This document shows positions 10,500-23,767 of a stretch of 64,000 nucleotides of DNA, in pieces. The notes below the pieces were generated by a model. The model had not been told where the DNA came from and did no database searches. It saw only the letters and a program-made list of their open reading frames with translations. The translations under genes were made by a program, and so were the position numbers. Source of the stretch: Guillardia theta CCMP2712 (taxonomy: Eukaryota; Protista; Cryptophyta); NCBI RefSeq assembly GCF_000315625.1, contig NW_005434661.1, forward strand, positions 532,617-596,616. Reading direction: 5' to 3'. The number at the start of each line of letters is the position of its first letter. The stretch's first letter is position 1.

Positions 10500-13036
10500 C
10501 TACGTGTACATCTTGGAGGAGAGAGAGGATAGTTTCTTCAACGTCAACCCCTCGTTCCACCGTTTCCTCACCCCCGAGTCCCTTGCCGTCCTCTCAAACC
10601 GCCTCACATGTTTCTTCGACGGCTTTTCTCGCCTTGGAGGTAAAATTGCATGTCATGCAAGAAGAGGCAGGGAGCAAGTCAAGTCACTTGTTGATCGCCG
10701 AGTCCTCTCGCAGCCTCTGCGAGTCCGGCTTCCACTTGCCCTTGCTCGCCTTCCTTACCGCTGCCAGTTCCTTCATCCTCTGCCTGCGCCGCAGAACGAG
10801 TGACCTCAACTCTTCCTGCATACCAGCAGGCTGGTACCTGTGCTCCTCAGTCTTCCTTTGGTTGGTTTCTGCCTTCTCGATCTGAAACTGCATCCTCGAC
10901 CTGGAGCGACAGGTTCATCCCCTCCCTCTCCTCCGCTTTCGGACCTCGGAAAGAAAGTGTCGTCGCCTGGTTTCAGTCTGTTGAAAACCTGCGAGCTCTC
11001 CGTCACAGGCGAAGCGAAGCATCTCAAGAGCAAGTCCTACCCGCACTCGCTGCTTCTCTATGTGATCAAGCATCTCCTGGGCTGTTGCAAAGTAGCTGCC
11101 GTCGTACATACAACGGAAGGGCCTTTCCCTCTCCGGCAGATTACTGAAGAAACAAAATCATTATCTTCCCCCCACCTCCCCCCCCCTCCTTCTTCTGAAG
11201 TGTTGGTCTAAATAATCTACATCATCATGAGAATCTCCATCTTCATTTGCGTCCTCGTCCTCATCAATACACTGGAACATAAAACCCCGAAATGTATCAC
11301 CTCACAATCTTCACAGCTGACTGCTCCTTGAAATCATCGTCCTGCATGGGAGGAGGCGGAAGTTCTGTGCCGATGAAATCTTCCGTCTGCCATGCCTTGG
11401 TGAGAGTCAGTTCAGACCAAACGATTGGCTCACCAGGGTGGCAAAGGCAGCGCTTGTTTGCGATGTTTGTTGCTGCAAGAGGGAATGAAAGTCAAGGTAT
11501 GGCCCATCTCTGTCAAAAGTCAGTGTACCTGAATGAGAGATTCCAACTCAGGGTCTTCGTTCTGAAAGTCAGATGTCAGACCAGAAGATACATCACACGA
11601 TCGGTTGGCATGACGTGGGTCGTGATATCAAATCATATTTCCTTACATCACCTCACATCACATTTTTCATCATGTCATGCCACGTCAAAAATATGAATGT
11701 GCTGAGCATCACGACGCGACTTCAGAGATATGGACTAGGTCGTTCACCTCATCATCATCATCATCATCATCATCCTCGTCTTCCTGCTCCTCTTCCCCTT
11801 CTGAACAGGACATGCTGTCTTTGCGTTTGCTTGCGCCTCGTTCCAGCCTCGCCATCTTTGCATCCGCCTCCTTGTTAGGCTGAGCATTTCCGATCTTCTT
11901 CTCTATGATCTTCTGCTCTTTCAGCTTCCTCAAGTTCTGCAAATGTCTCGGAATGAGTCCTTTACACAGCGGAGGAGGGGGACGGGGAGCAGGAGGACGA
12001 GCACAACGAGTACCTCTATCTCTTGCATCAGCTCTGCTATTCGTTTCTTCTTGCTCTCAAGCTCACTTTCTTCCTCATCTCCTCTCAAGGATTGGCTCGA
12101 CCCTGTTGCGACAAGGGACATCAGAACTGAAGTTCAAACTATATCACTGCTCACTTCCATCATCTTCCAAGCTCTCATCGTCAACTTCGTCTTCACTAGT
12201 GCTGTCTTCCATGTCCCTATTCTTACGCTTGCCCGGTTTTGATGCGCCTTTTAGCTCTTTCCTCTTCGTCTTCTTCTTGGCATGTTGCTTTGCATCGCTT
12301 CTGTGCTGTGAGGATGCTTCTTCGTCCACATCCTTCATCTTCATCGTCGACGCCTCACCATCGCCGGTCCCAGACGCATCGTCGGATCCTTCGTGGGAGG
12401 ACAACTTCTCGTGGAATATCTTTGCCAACTCTGCAGAATTTCTGAACTTGTTTGTCATACCCTCTCCAAAACTTCCATAACTCCGACGAAATGCTGCTTG
12501 CCAGGTCGAGTGCTTCGTGTCTGAATCTCCCGAGTGGTCGTCTGCATTCGCCTCTGTCGTCTTCTTACCTCCACCCCGTAACCTGGGGCCGTGAAAATTC
12601 AGCAGACATCAGTGATACTCTTTCATCTTCTTCCCCTTACTTCTTTCCTCCCATAGTTCGTTCCCCTCCTTCCTCAGTTCTGCCTTCTCTACGATCACTC
12701 TCCCCTACTATCAGCCCCTCGTTCTATCATCCTAGTCCCTTCTCCCTCCCTCCCTCCCTCCCTCCCTCCTTCTCCCACCCACGCACGCACCCACCCACCC
12801 ACAATCCCTCCCTCCCTCCCTCCCTCCCTCCCTACTGCCATCCCCCTTATCGCTCCCCGCTTTCCGCTATCTCCCGCCTCTCTCTTCTCTCTCCTCCCTT
12901 TTCTCTCTCTCTCTCACCTCAGCATCGGCTCCTCCTTCATCGCCATCTCCTTCATCGGCTCCTTCTTCATCGGCTCCTCCTTCATCGCCATCCCCGTCGC
13001 CACCAACCACATCATTGCGACTCCTGCCATGCGCAT
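10500..13036 (-). CDS. Hypothetical charged protein with N-terminal leader ending in LRLRGG, multi-exon
   Basis: Exon 1 MRMAGVAMMWLVATGMAMKEEPMKKEPMKEMAMKEEPML-R splices (intron 12917-12583) to LRGGGKKTTE..., in frame with ORF 12144-12458. Downstream acidic/basic exons end ...SSKMYT*. Confidence 0.6.
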
Positions 13037-13231
13037 CCCGGATCACGCCCAACCAACACATTTTCATCACCCTCATACTCAGTCCTGGTGCCAAATCTAC
13101 TTGAGTGATAAAGATCACTAATGAGAAATTGCTGTCTTTTACATTTGATATGCTATTGCTCTCCGGCGAGCTTGGTACCTTGTTCCTGTCGGACGTGTCA
13201 TGGTGTGAAGCGACGGGTTGTGGCGACAGCC

Positions 13232-14510
13232 ATGAACGAGGAAAGAGAGAGAAGGAGAGGAGAGGACAAGATGACAAGCTAGTGAGAGGATGAGGCAGTG
13301 AGTAGAGCAAGCAACAGGGAGGTAGGCTGACAGAGAGTGGGTCTTGAAAAGTGGGAGCGATCATTTGCGAGGAGACGTGGGGTTTGAGGTGACCGACCTT
13401 GAGACCGACCTGGCGCTGTGGCGGGGAGACGACGACATGCTGGTGGGATGATCCTTTCATGGTCGTTGCAAGGTCCCTGACTCTTATCAGATTGACGGAG
13501 AGGACGCGTATAAGTATCCCACCTGTCCATTGAAACTCTCTTCACACCTTTGCCTCCCAGGACGGCTCCCGGCATGGAGGCGCTGCTCGATGAGAAGGCC
13601 CTACTCTCGTCCATGGCTGATTGCACAGTCGAGGAGGAAGCAGACAAGGGGCCGCCAGAAAACCTTGTGAGACCTGGTGCTGTTGCGTCAGGGAGAGTCG
13701 TTTGACTTGCGGACAGGATTCGTTTGTTGTAGATGAGTGGCCCAACGACGATCGTCCGCGCGAGAAGGCATGCCTGCTTCCTCTCCCTACCAACCTCATC
13801 TCTCTCTCCCTCTTTTCTCATCTCCCCCTCCTTCTCACCTCCTTTCCCTCGTCTCCTCCTCCTCCCTCCTCCCTCATCTCTCACTTCATCAGCTTGCTAG
13901 TCTGTTTGCAGGTAACCAAATCTGCAGGTCTCGATGCAGCTGGACAACAACGACTTCTACGACGGCGAGGTACTGGACGGGCTGATGGACGGGCGGGGAC
14001 GATACACGTTCTCCGACGGGTGAGAGAGACGATCGTCTCCTCGTCGATGACGTGGTGATAGGAACGTCTACGTCGGAGAGTGGGTGCGAGGGAAGAAGCA
14101 GGGGACCGGCACCTTCACCTGGTCCAACGGCGACGTCTACGAGGGAACGTGGCTAGACGGCAAGATGCACGGGTGATGCCCTGCTGGTGGTGGTGGTGGT
14201 GGTGGTTGTGGTTGTGGTGGTTCTAACACTCTGCGAGCAGGCATGGGAGGCTTGTGCTCAAGGACAAGTGATGCTCCTGCTGCTTGTCGCTGCTGCCCGT
14301 GTGACCTTCGCTGGCAGAATGATCTACGAGGGGGAGTGGCAGGAGGGGAAGTGCCATGGGAAGGGGAACTGCCGTTACCAGAACGGTCAGAGGAGGCGGA
14401 TCGAGCTCTCCCCTCCCTCATGTTCACGCAGGCGACAAGTTCTCTGGGGAATTCCGGGATGGTAAGAGATTCGGCCAAGGGAAGCTCGTACAAGTAGAGG
14501 TAGTTTCTAT

Positions 14511-14561
<51 letters not shown>

Positions 14562-15902
14562 GCTCCTGCTCCTCTTGCTCCTCACGTTCTTTAGGGCTAC
14601 ACGTGGGAGGGAAACTGGCGGGGCAACGCGATGGAGGGGCAGGGGACCTGCAAGTATCCTTCAGGTGAGGCCCTCTGCTCTCTGCTGCCTCTGACTGACA
14701 TGACGCGGTAGGAGATGAGTACGAGGGCGAATGGAAGGAATCAAAGAGACATGGGAAGGGCATACAGGTCCGTCCTCCTCCTCCTCCTCCTCCTCCTCCT
14801 CCTCCTCCTCCTTCTCCTCCTCCTCCGCTTCCTCGTACCTCTACTCTCTGCCGTTGACGCCTGAACGTCATGGCAGCGTTANNNNNNNNNNNNNNNNNNN
14901 NNNNNNNNNNNNNNNNNNNNNNNNNNNNNNNNNNNNNNNNNNNNNNNNNNNNNNNNNNNNNNNNNNNNNNNNNNNNNNNNNNNNNNNNNNNNNNNNNNNN
15001 NNNNNNNNNNNNNNNNNNNAGGGGGATGATGACTGAGAGCAGGAGTGCTGGAGGCTTCGGATGGGAGTAAGTTTGTCGGGGAGTGGAAGGATGGGATGAT
15101 GCACTCGGAGACTGCAAAACTCTCGCGCCTCCTCACGCAGGACGGAAGTGTCTATGAAGGATCCTTCAAGGCCGGGCTGCGCGATGGCAAGGTGGACTTT
15201 CCTTCCCTTCTCCCTGCCTATCTCCCGCTTCTCCTCCTCTTCCTCTTCCCTCCTCCTCTTCCTCGTTGCTGCCCTCACCGTCGCGAGCAGGGGAGGATGA
15301 AGTACTGCAGCGGGGACTCGTACGAAGGTGACTGGAGGGCCAACAAGAAGCACGGAGCAGGCGCATACAGCTGGGCAAGGGGGATGAAGTTCAGGGGGAA
15401 GTGGCAGGTGCAGGGCCCGCGTCCTCCCCCGCGTCGCTCTGACGTCAGTCCAGGAGGGGAGGATGCATGGCAACGGGACGATGGTCTACCCTGACGGCCA
15501 TGTGTACGAGGGAGGCTTCATCGACAACGTTCCCAACGGCCATGGAGTGCTGACGAGGAGGGGAAACAAGACCGAGGGAAAGTGGCAGGTGAGGAGGAGG
15601 GTGAGAAGAGGATGCTGGTGGGGAGCAAGGGAGGGTCGGCGGTGGAAGAAAGGGGGGGGGAGAGAAGGGAAGGGGGGAAGAAGGAGAAACGGAGGAGAAG
15701 AGGAAGTAGAGGAGGGAGAGTTGTGTCCCGTGACTGGCGGTCAGGACGGGAAGCTGATCGCAAGGTGGGAAGGGAAACCTCCGATGCTCAAGGTCTGTCT
15801 CGTGCTGGGAGGAGCAAGAGCTGACGTGGGGAGCAGGAGATAGACCCGTTCAGCGCTGAGAGCATCCAGTTGCCCTCCATCCCTGACATCTGCGAGCCAT
15901 GA
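13232..15902 (+). CDS. MORN-repeat protein, multi-exon, spanning the assembly gap
   Basis: Repeats include FYDGEVLDGLMDGRGRYTFSDG, VYVGEWVRGKKQGTGTFTWSNGDVYEGTWLDGKMHG, YEGDWRANKKHGAG and MHGNGTMVYPDGHVYEGGF. The start is uncertain. Confidence 0.9.
14882..15019. other. Assembly gap (run of N)
   Basis: N characters in the sequence. Confidence 1.
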
Positions 15903-16036
15903 GCGAGTCCTGTGACAGCATGGTGGAGCTCGTCCGAAGTGCTAGGGCCACCAATACAAGTTTGTACATGCTCCTCTCTCTCTATCTATCTATCTCCCCC
16001 CCCCCCCACTCCCTCCCCTACCCGTCTTCCTTGCCC

Positions 16037-17950
16037 TTACAGCTTGCCTCCCACCTCCAGCAGCCCCTCCGCCTGCAGGTACCTGCGGCTCAACGTCATC
16101 CTGACGCGCGACCCCCACCGGCCCTGACATCTCTCGCAGCTGGTAGATCCGCTGCATCGCTCGAACTTCCATTGGCGTCAAGTCCGCAAAGTTCCAGAAG
16201 TCCACATGGAGCACAACCTGTAGCGATAGCGAGTGAGAGGAGGAGGAATATGGGAAGGGGGGGCGGATAGGAGAGAAGGGAAAAGGATTGGGAGGGGAAG
16301 GGGGGGGCGGGGTTGAGGAGGAGGAGGAGCCAGTTCTGACCCTCTCCTCGTCGGGGCTCTCGTTGAACGTCTCATGTTCGAATGTCGTGTCGTACAGCAG
16401 GCACTTGCCCGGGGCCCATCGCCTCCAGCTGCTCGTCAGCAGGTCTGAGAGCCTCCGATCTTCTTCCTTACCTCGTCTCTGGTCCAACGCGGATCCATGC
16501 CTTCTGCCCCGCAGGTACCTGCCGTTATCACAGTGACTCTCAAGGCGGCAGGAGAGCATGGAAGAGGATGGATGTAGGGGAGGATCATGAGTAGGAGACA
16601 GAGAGCGAGGGGGAGGGAGAGGGGAGAGGGAGAGGAGAGGGAGAGGAGGTGGGGGACGAGGGTAAGGAGAGATTGACCTTGATCCCCATCTGGCATGTGA
16701 GCCACATGTTGTTGCCGTCTGAGTGCAACGGGATTCCTGGTCGACAACTCAGCGATGCCACACAAGGACTGAGCAGGCGCCACCACTCTGAGGGGACTGG
16801 CGGTTGAAACCAGCGATCCTCCCAGCCACTGGCACCTTGTCGAGAATGCTGGAAGGGAGACGATCGGAGGGGGTCGAAGAGCATGAGACTGAAGCATACC
16901 TCTTGGTGACGGGGCAAAGATGGTAAGGAAAGCCATCGATCCCGTGCCCGTTGTAGTAGAGGACCTGATACGAAGCACCATCACTGCAGCTTTCAGCAAC
17001 AAGCGCAGAGGCGTCACCAGAGTCTTCCACCCGCTCTTGTAGTTCATTGACGTCACCTAACGCCGCGTCAACCCTTCAGCATCCACGTCTTAACTTGTCG
17101 TCACCGATTGGAAGCGATCGGACTCTTTCTCCAGCAGTGCTTCGAACTCTGCCTGCAGGTCCTCCATCAACTCCCGCCGGCCTTCTCATCCCCCCTTCCC
17201 TCTACCTTGATCTTTTCATAGTTCGCCTCCAGCTCAGCGATGAAGGGAAACGCGGAGGTGTCGCGGAATGGGGACGCAGGAATGCCATCCTGCATGCATC
17301 GCTGTTATCATCAACCCTCACTCTCCTTGAGCAACTTGCCATGAACGCATGAATCTCCTCGTGCGGGCGCCACTTGTCGTCGACGATGGACGGGGGCAAC
17401 GAGCGCTTGTTGGTCGAGTACTCAATGAAGCCGATGACACGCTCCATCTCACTCCGGGGAAACTCACTCAGGATCAGAGGTTCGATGAGCTGCCAGAAGG
17501 GATCTTCGTCTTCGTTCAGGTTGTCGACGATCTTTGAAGCCTCTTTCATGGCCTGGGCAACATCACGAGGGGTCTGAGAAGCGAGCAAGGAGTACGTATT
17601 CCATCGAGGGAGACGGCTTTGCAACTTGAGCTTTGTCCTGCTTCGGAGGTTTTGCCGATTTGCCTCCTTTCGACGACCCCTTGCTCTGCTTTCCAAGGTT
17701 GTTGCCGAAGCCTCCTGCAAGGGCTGTAGGAGACGAGAAACATGTCCTGCGACAAACTCCGTTGGCTGCTGCCCTGGGCTGGCCGATCTCTCTGGGGAAG
17801 TGGAGATTGCTGACGAAACAGCATCCAAGACTGTAACTTGAGAGACACAACAAGGAAAGGAGAGAAAAACTCCTGGATCGCACAGTCACAGTCAGTGCAA
17901 GGCTTCCCTCTCCGCGTCCTCGTGTCAGTAGCCTGAGAACATATACATCG
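16037..17950 (-). CDS. Aspartyl/asparaginyl beta-hydroxylase-domain (2OG-Fe(II)) protein, possibly plastid-targeted, multi-exon
   Basis: Exons give FIAELEANYEKIK, GWKTL-VLYYNG, CPVT, PGIPLHSDGNNMWLTCQMGIK (HxD), AWIRVGPETR, WAPGKCLLYDTTFEHETFN and VVLHVDFW. The N-terminus has hydrophobic SLLSLLCLSSYSLGCCF followed by a basic/Ser region. The start is uncertain. Confidence 0.85.
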
Positions 17951-18055
17951 AAAGATAGAGCTCCCGATTCTCGTCTCTTGACTGTCGTTCTACTATTCGT
18001 ATGCTCAGATATTCGTCTGGTTAAATAATTCTGCCTGATGGAATACATACCTCCT

Positions 18056-18161
<106 letters not shown>

Positions 18162-18663
18162 GCTCTTCTGCTCCTGCTGCTCCTCTTCTACCATTCTCAC
18201 CGGCTTGTCGCCATCGTCACTTCCGACCCTACCGGCCTCACCTTTTTTCACTCAACGAATGGAGGATCAGAGTGGGGATGAGGGGCTTCTAAAAATAGTT
18301 TTATATTTTGTACCAGTACAACAAGTGGTACTACCTAAAATCTCTTTTTAGGCTCCGCTGTTTTTTATTAGTTTTTCCCGCCGCGCCCCTCTCATCCTTT
18401 CCCCCCTGCCCCTCCTCCTCCTCCTCCTCCTCCTCCTCCCTTGGCTTCGCTTCGCTTCTCAACACCCCCCACTCACTGCTTCCTCTCTTCCCAGCCCTTA
18501 CTCCATCTTCCTCCTCGTCCACGCTTTCCTGCTCTCGTGCTGTAGCCCCATTCCTAGCTGCTCAACTTTTTCGTCTGTAGCTCTCGTCCTTGATTGCAGC
18601 CTTCCTACTCAACCTTTTTCTTCACGCTTCTACTGCCTCTTCTGGTTCTGATAACTCGGTGCG

Positions 18664-21137
18664 ATGACTGAGTGCGTCCTCGGGCCGCTGTGTAGGGTTC
18701 CACCTGAGGAGCGTCACCTCAACAAGATGAAGCAATGTAAGAGTTGCAGCCATTACTTTCATGACGTCTGTGCTGCTCCCTGGACCAACGAGCCTTTTGA
18801 TTGTGGCTGCGCTCGGAGATGCGACAATGCTGAGATGCCTGCAAACAAGCGCCCTCGCCTAGAGGTTGGGGCCCTAGCGGAATTCGACCTGCCTGCTTCG
18901 GCAAGAGAGCTGGGTGAAGAGATGGAGACTATCAGTGCGCTGGCCATGGAGGGGACGAGACGGAAAGAGCTGTCGGAGAACTCTAGGTCAAGCTACATCA
19001 GCTGCCTCGGGAAGATGCTGCATTGGATGTGGAGGTATCGACGAGACATCTTGACCGACGAGTTTCAGGAAGGGCTCGAGTTCACTGCAGAGGGGCTGCC
19101 GATCGTGAAGAGCATCCACAAACTTCTTGACGACAATGTGTTCCCCATCAAAGTCGATCGCTTCAGGGCTGATGACTTCATCGACTTCATTGTGGACTCG
19201 TTGAAGACGCAGCCCGACATTCAGCTCTCTACCTACAACTCTATGCGCTCAGCCCTCAAACACATCTACAGGGAGTCCGACAGCATGTCGTACTATGGTA
19301 GGATTGAACCGATGATCTCCAACTTCTATCGGAAACTCCAAGGCCTTACCACGGACAATCCCAATGCTGGTGAGCTTGGAGTAGTCAAACGGAAGTCGGC
19401 TGGCAAAGAGCCAATGCCTTTCACTCTCTACAAAGTTTTGTGCGAGCAGCTGTTGCTTTGCAAAACTTTGGACATGTTGTTCACACGGACGTTCCTGATT
19501 GTCTCATGGAACCTGAGCTATCAAGCAGTCGAGGTGGATGAGATCAAATACGATCAATTGTCCTGGCAGGACGAGCTGATGTGCATAGAATGCAGGCATC
19601 TTAAGAACCAGGATCAATCGAATCAAGCCAGGGACAGCTACCGAATCTGCGCAAATCCTTTGATGCCAGAGATTTGTCCTTTCCTTGCTCTCGGAATCTA
19701 CTTCCTTTCTTACACGCCTGACGAGCAAAAGCTCTTTCCTGGCTCCCATCAGTATCACAGGTTTCTCGCAGGCCTGCAGAGAGTTTTAACCCCCGATGAA
19801 AGCTCGTCCGGGCATGGTGCATCGAGGTCGGACAAGAGCCTTCTCATGGTGCAGAAAGAAGTCAGCGCTGTGCTCAAGAGGTTGGGATTGGAACCTAAGG
19901 ACATGGGCTCTTACTCGGTGTGTGTCTTCTACCTTGTCTGACCTGCGCTGACCACTTCCATGCTCCTTGACAGATCAAGAAAGGCTCTTTGTTGCATCAT
20001 GGCGGTTTTCATACCAAGCATGTGCTCTTTCCTCCTCGATTCACTGTGGAGGACGAGCAGGTGGAAACAGCGATTCAGCTTTGTTTCCCAACACTTCCTG
20101 CGGGCATGAAGAAGATTGCACAGCAATGCCTGGCGTCTGTGGTATACCACGAGCCCTTCCTGAAGAGGTCACTCAACGACAACCACCCGCTGTGGAGCAG
20201 CCTTGTCTTCCTCGATGTGAAGATTTACGAGAGCCTCAAGGGGCGCGTGACCTGCAGCGTCCCCGACGGCTCCATGCTCATGGAGGCGCTTGGGACTCCG
20301 CACCCGATCGTTCAGAGCGTGTTCAACCAGAAGATCATCGAAGAGCTCCGTGAGCTGAAGAAGGAGCTGAAGGAGGTCAAGGAAGAGATGCAGTACTGGA
20401 AGAGACAGGCCATTGCCCCTTGCCCGACTGTGAACCTGCACGAGGATGGAGAGGTCAGCCAAACTTCCTCCACCTTGGCGTCGGCAGCAGAGCAGGGAGC
20501 GGGTCCCGCAGAAGCTGCGCCATCGCCGGGAGCTCAAGTCGCGATGAGAGAAAAGAAGACTCTGAAGGTGGTGAACGAAAGCGGCAAGGGGAGCGGGAAG
20601 GAGGGCGGCGGGGCGGCAGGCGCAGAGTGGCCGATGACATTCCCAGACAACATGACGCTAACGGACGAGCTCAGCACGCCTGCGCAAGCATGGACGCTCT
20701 GGTTCTGCGGGAACCGATCGAAAGGCTACCCCCCCTTCCGCTTCTTGCAGCCCGACGGGATGGCCGGCAAAGAGCAGGAGAGGCGACTGAGCGACCTGCG
20801 GTTCCTTGTGCAGACGTTCGACAAGTTCGTGCAGAAAGAGGTGGAGGAGATAGAAGACGCGGAGAAGAAGGCGGCAGAGAAGGAGAAGCTGGACCTGTTC
20901 AAGAAGAGCCCGACGCTGGAACGGGCCAAGGCGATCTTCATGGCGCACGAGGAGCGGTTCTACCATTGGGTCAACCATGACACAAAGGTCAACTCAAGGA
21001 GGGGGCAGCTTAAGTGGAGCACGTTTGTGCGGAAGATCCGGAAGAGGAGGCAGCAGGAGAAGATCTCCGACCCCGCAGAGCAGCCGAGCGAACCATCGGC
21101 TGCTGAACCGAACAAACCTACCGAGCAAGTAAACTGA
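18664..21137 (+). CDS. Crypton-type tyrosine-recombinase-derived protein, catalytically inactive (putative domesticated gene); one intron ~19918-19973
   Basis: It has an N-terminal Cys/His finger, LSENSRSSY...MRSALKHIYR (core-binding region), GKEPMPFTLY, FLIVSWNL, ICANPLMPEICPFLALGIY, LFPGSHQYHRF, GSYS|IKKG and C-terminal AWTLWFCGN...PPFRFL...RRLSDLRFL...WST. It is collinear with the copy at 54831-57200. Confidence 0.8.
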
Positions 21138-21151
21138 TATACCACCTTGAC

Positions 21152-21187
<36 letters not shown>

Positions 21188-21550
21188 TGCTTCTGCCCCT
21201 GCCCCTGCCCCTGCCCCGGGCTCTCCTTTCCTCCTCTGTGCCTCCCACCGTCCTCCTCTTCCTCCTCCTCTCCCCGCTCTCCTCTGGAGCTCCTCGCCCC
21301 CTTTCCCCCTAACCTTTGCGACTCATTTCTCTCCGAATATCCCCCGCACCCCTTTTACCCCCTTGACGGCCTTCCCGCTCCCTGACCCCTCGTCCCACCA
21401 GGTCCCCTCCCTCACCAACCCCTCCCCCCCTTCCCCTCCCGTCTTCATCTTCGTCTCAGTCCGCCTCTATCCCTCCCTCCCCCTCCCCCTCCCCCTCCGC
21501 TCCTCATCTTTCCTCTGAGCGCTGCCCTCCCTTCATGTCTTGACCGCAAC

Positions 21551-23591
21551 ATGCGGCTTCTGCGTGTGCTTATCCCTGCCTTCGTCGCGTCCACCCTCGT
21601 CTTGCTACTCAACAGGCGCAGGGTGGCAGAGCTCCTGACAAGCTTCTCTCGAGAGGAGCGGGAGGAGGAGGAGATCGATGACGATAGAACAGCAGAGGAG
21701 GAGAAGGAGGAGGAGGAGGAGGAGGAGTGCGAGATCAGCGACGAGCTCTCTTGCAACAAGATCCACTTCCTCTTCGTCGAGTGGAAGAATCTCCGCCCCT
21801 TCGAGCAGCTGCTCGAGAGATGGCGACCAGCCGACAGGAGCAAGGTGATCCCCAGCATGGGAGCTTATCTCTCCTCTTGTCTCTTCCTGACTTCCATGGC
21901 AGAGGTGGTACAAGCTGCTGATGGAGGCGTCGCGGCAGCTGCGAGCAGAGAGGAACCTGGAGCGAGCAAGGGACCTGATCAGCGAGGCCGAGGAGGCCTG
22001 CAAGCTCATCGCATCCAGCAGCAGGAGGAAGCATGCCATGGTCTTCGTCCAGCAGGCCATCGGCTGGCTGCACGTGTGTGTGGACCTCTTGGACGTGGCC
22101 GAGCACAACTTCTACCTCTCCGTGCAGGGCTGGGCTGAGCTCAAGTCGAACCATCACCCCATGATGCGCGACCTGCTCCTCAACCTCTCGAGGACCTGCC
22201 GAGAGAACGGGAAGCTCTCCAGCAGCATCCAGCTGGCATGGAGGGCGTTCGAGCTCGGGCGCATGCTGGGGATGGAGGTGAAGGACAAGTGCGAGGCCCT
22301 TCTCTGCCTGTCCAACGGCCTGAGGAGCGACGGGCGACTCGTGGAGGCTCTCATGGTGCTCAACTTTGCGCTGGAGGTGGTGACGGGGGAGGAGAACTTG
22401 GAGCAGGAGGAGGGGGGGCTGGAGGCGACGCTGATGTTCGAGCTGGAGGTGCACGGGGACGGCAGGAGGGAGCTGAAGAGCGTGGCGCTGGACGAGATGA
22501 CGGACGTGGAGTGCGTTATCTTGTTCGAGATGGCCAACGTCTGCTGGACGCTTGAGATGAGCCAGTACGCTATCAACTACGACGATCTGTGGATGGACTA
22601 CCTCCAAGTGAAGACCTCCCCCTCCAAGTTCGTCCAGGTCATGTCCAGACTTGCGGAGGAGAGGGAGGATGGGGAGCAGGACCTTCATGCTGCCAAGATC
22701 TTGGAGGAGACCGTCCACCGCTTGTGTCATGGTGAGCTGACTCCCGTACGGCCGCGCGAGCTCTGCATGGCTGACTCGCGTTGTGAGCAGAGAGAATTGA
22801 TCCAGAGGATTTGGCCCGGATCCTCCTCAGACTTGGAGAAGTTTACAGGTTGAAACAGTCTTCCTTTCCCTCCCTCTCCCTCCTTCCCCCTTCCCCTCCC
22901 CTCCCTCTTCTCAACCTTCCTCTATCTCGCTCCTCCTCTCGCTTCCACCACCCCGATTTCATCTCACCTCCTCATAGGCGGTTGGGAGAGCTCAACAAGG
23001 CGCTCAAGACATTCCGCCAAGGTCTTGACTCCACATCCTCGACGTGATAGCGCCTGATACCCGCAGGCTTCAAACTCATTCAGCCCTCACCAGCCTCTTT
23101 CACCTTCTCCCGCTCGTCTGCCCCCTTCCTCTCCCCGTCCAACTCAGTCCTCCGAGCCTGTTTCGCTGCCTCCATGGGAGGGCTGATGCTGGAAATGTCC
23201 ACTTTCGACATGCAAGAGGTCGAGGACACGCTCATGGATGGACGCGATGCTCTCAAGTCGCCCTGCCTGAACACCCGCATGGCTAACTTCCCTGACATGC
23301 TTGGGACAGATCCGTTTACTCGTCTGTGGACACCAACGAGGGAGCGTTCTGGGACACAGCGCTGGTAACGCTGACTGCGTCACTTGCTTGATCTCTGACA
23401 TGCCAAGGCAGAAAGTCGAGCTGCAGCTTTCAGACGTCTATCACCGCACGCTCATAAGGATCGGGTGAGAAGCTTGTGAGTGCGACAGAGGCTGGTGACT
23501 TTATGTTCACAGCAAGTACAAGGAGGCGGAGAGTATCAAACGAAGGATGGAAGAAATACAAGAGACGTACTGCCTGCAGTTAACGCGATGA
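21551..23591 (+). CDS. TPR-repeat protein (kinesin-light-chain-like TPRs) with N-terminal hydrophobic segment, multi-exon
   Basis: Motifs include HHPMMRDLLLNLSRTCRENGKL, LLCLSNGLRSDGRLVEAL, LARILLRLGEVYR-RLGELNKAL and the terminal KYKEAESIKRRMEEIQETYCLQLTR*. Confidence 0.65.
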
Positions 23592-23767
23592 AGGTCAATA
23601 CTTCCAGCGCTGGTGGAGGAAGGTTTCTCCTCAAAACTTTCTGTACAAAAACTGCTGAAACCCTGCTGCAGGCATCTCATCGGAAAATCTTGACCACACC
23701 AACAGAGATGCAGGTAGCTCTGGTGAGACGAAACAACTACAACTCGATGGCGGGGGAGGCTTCTCCT

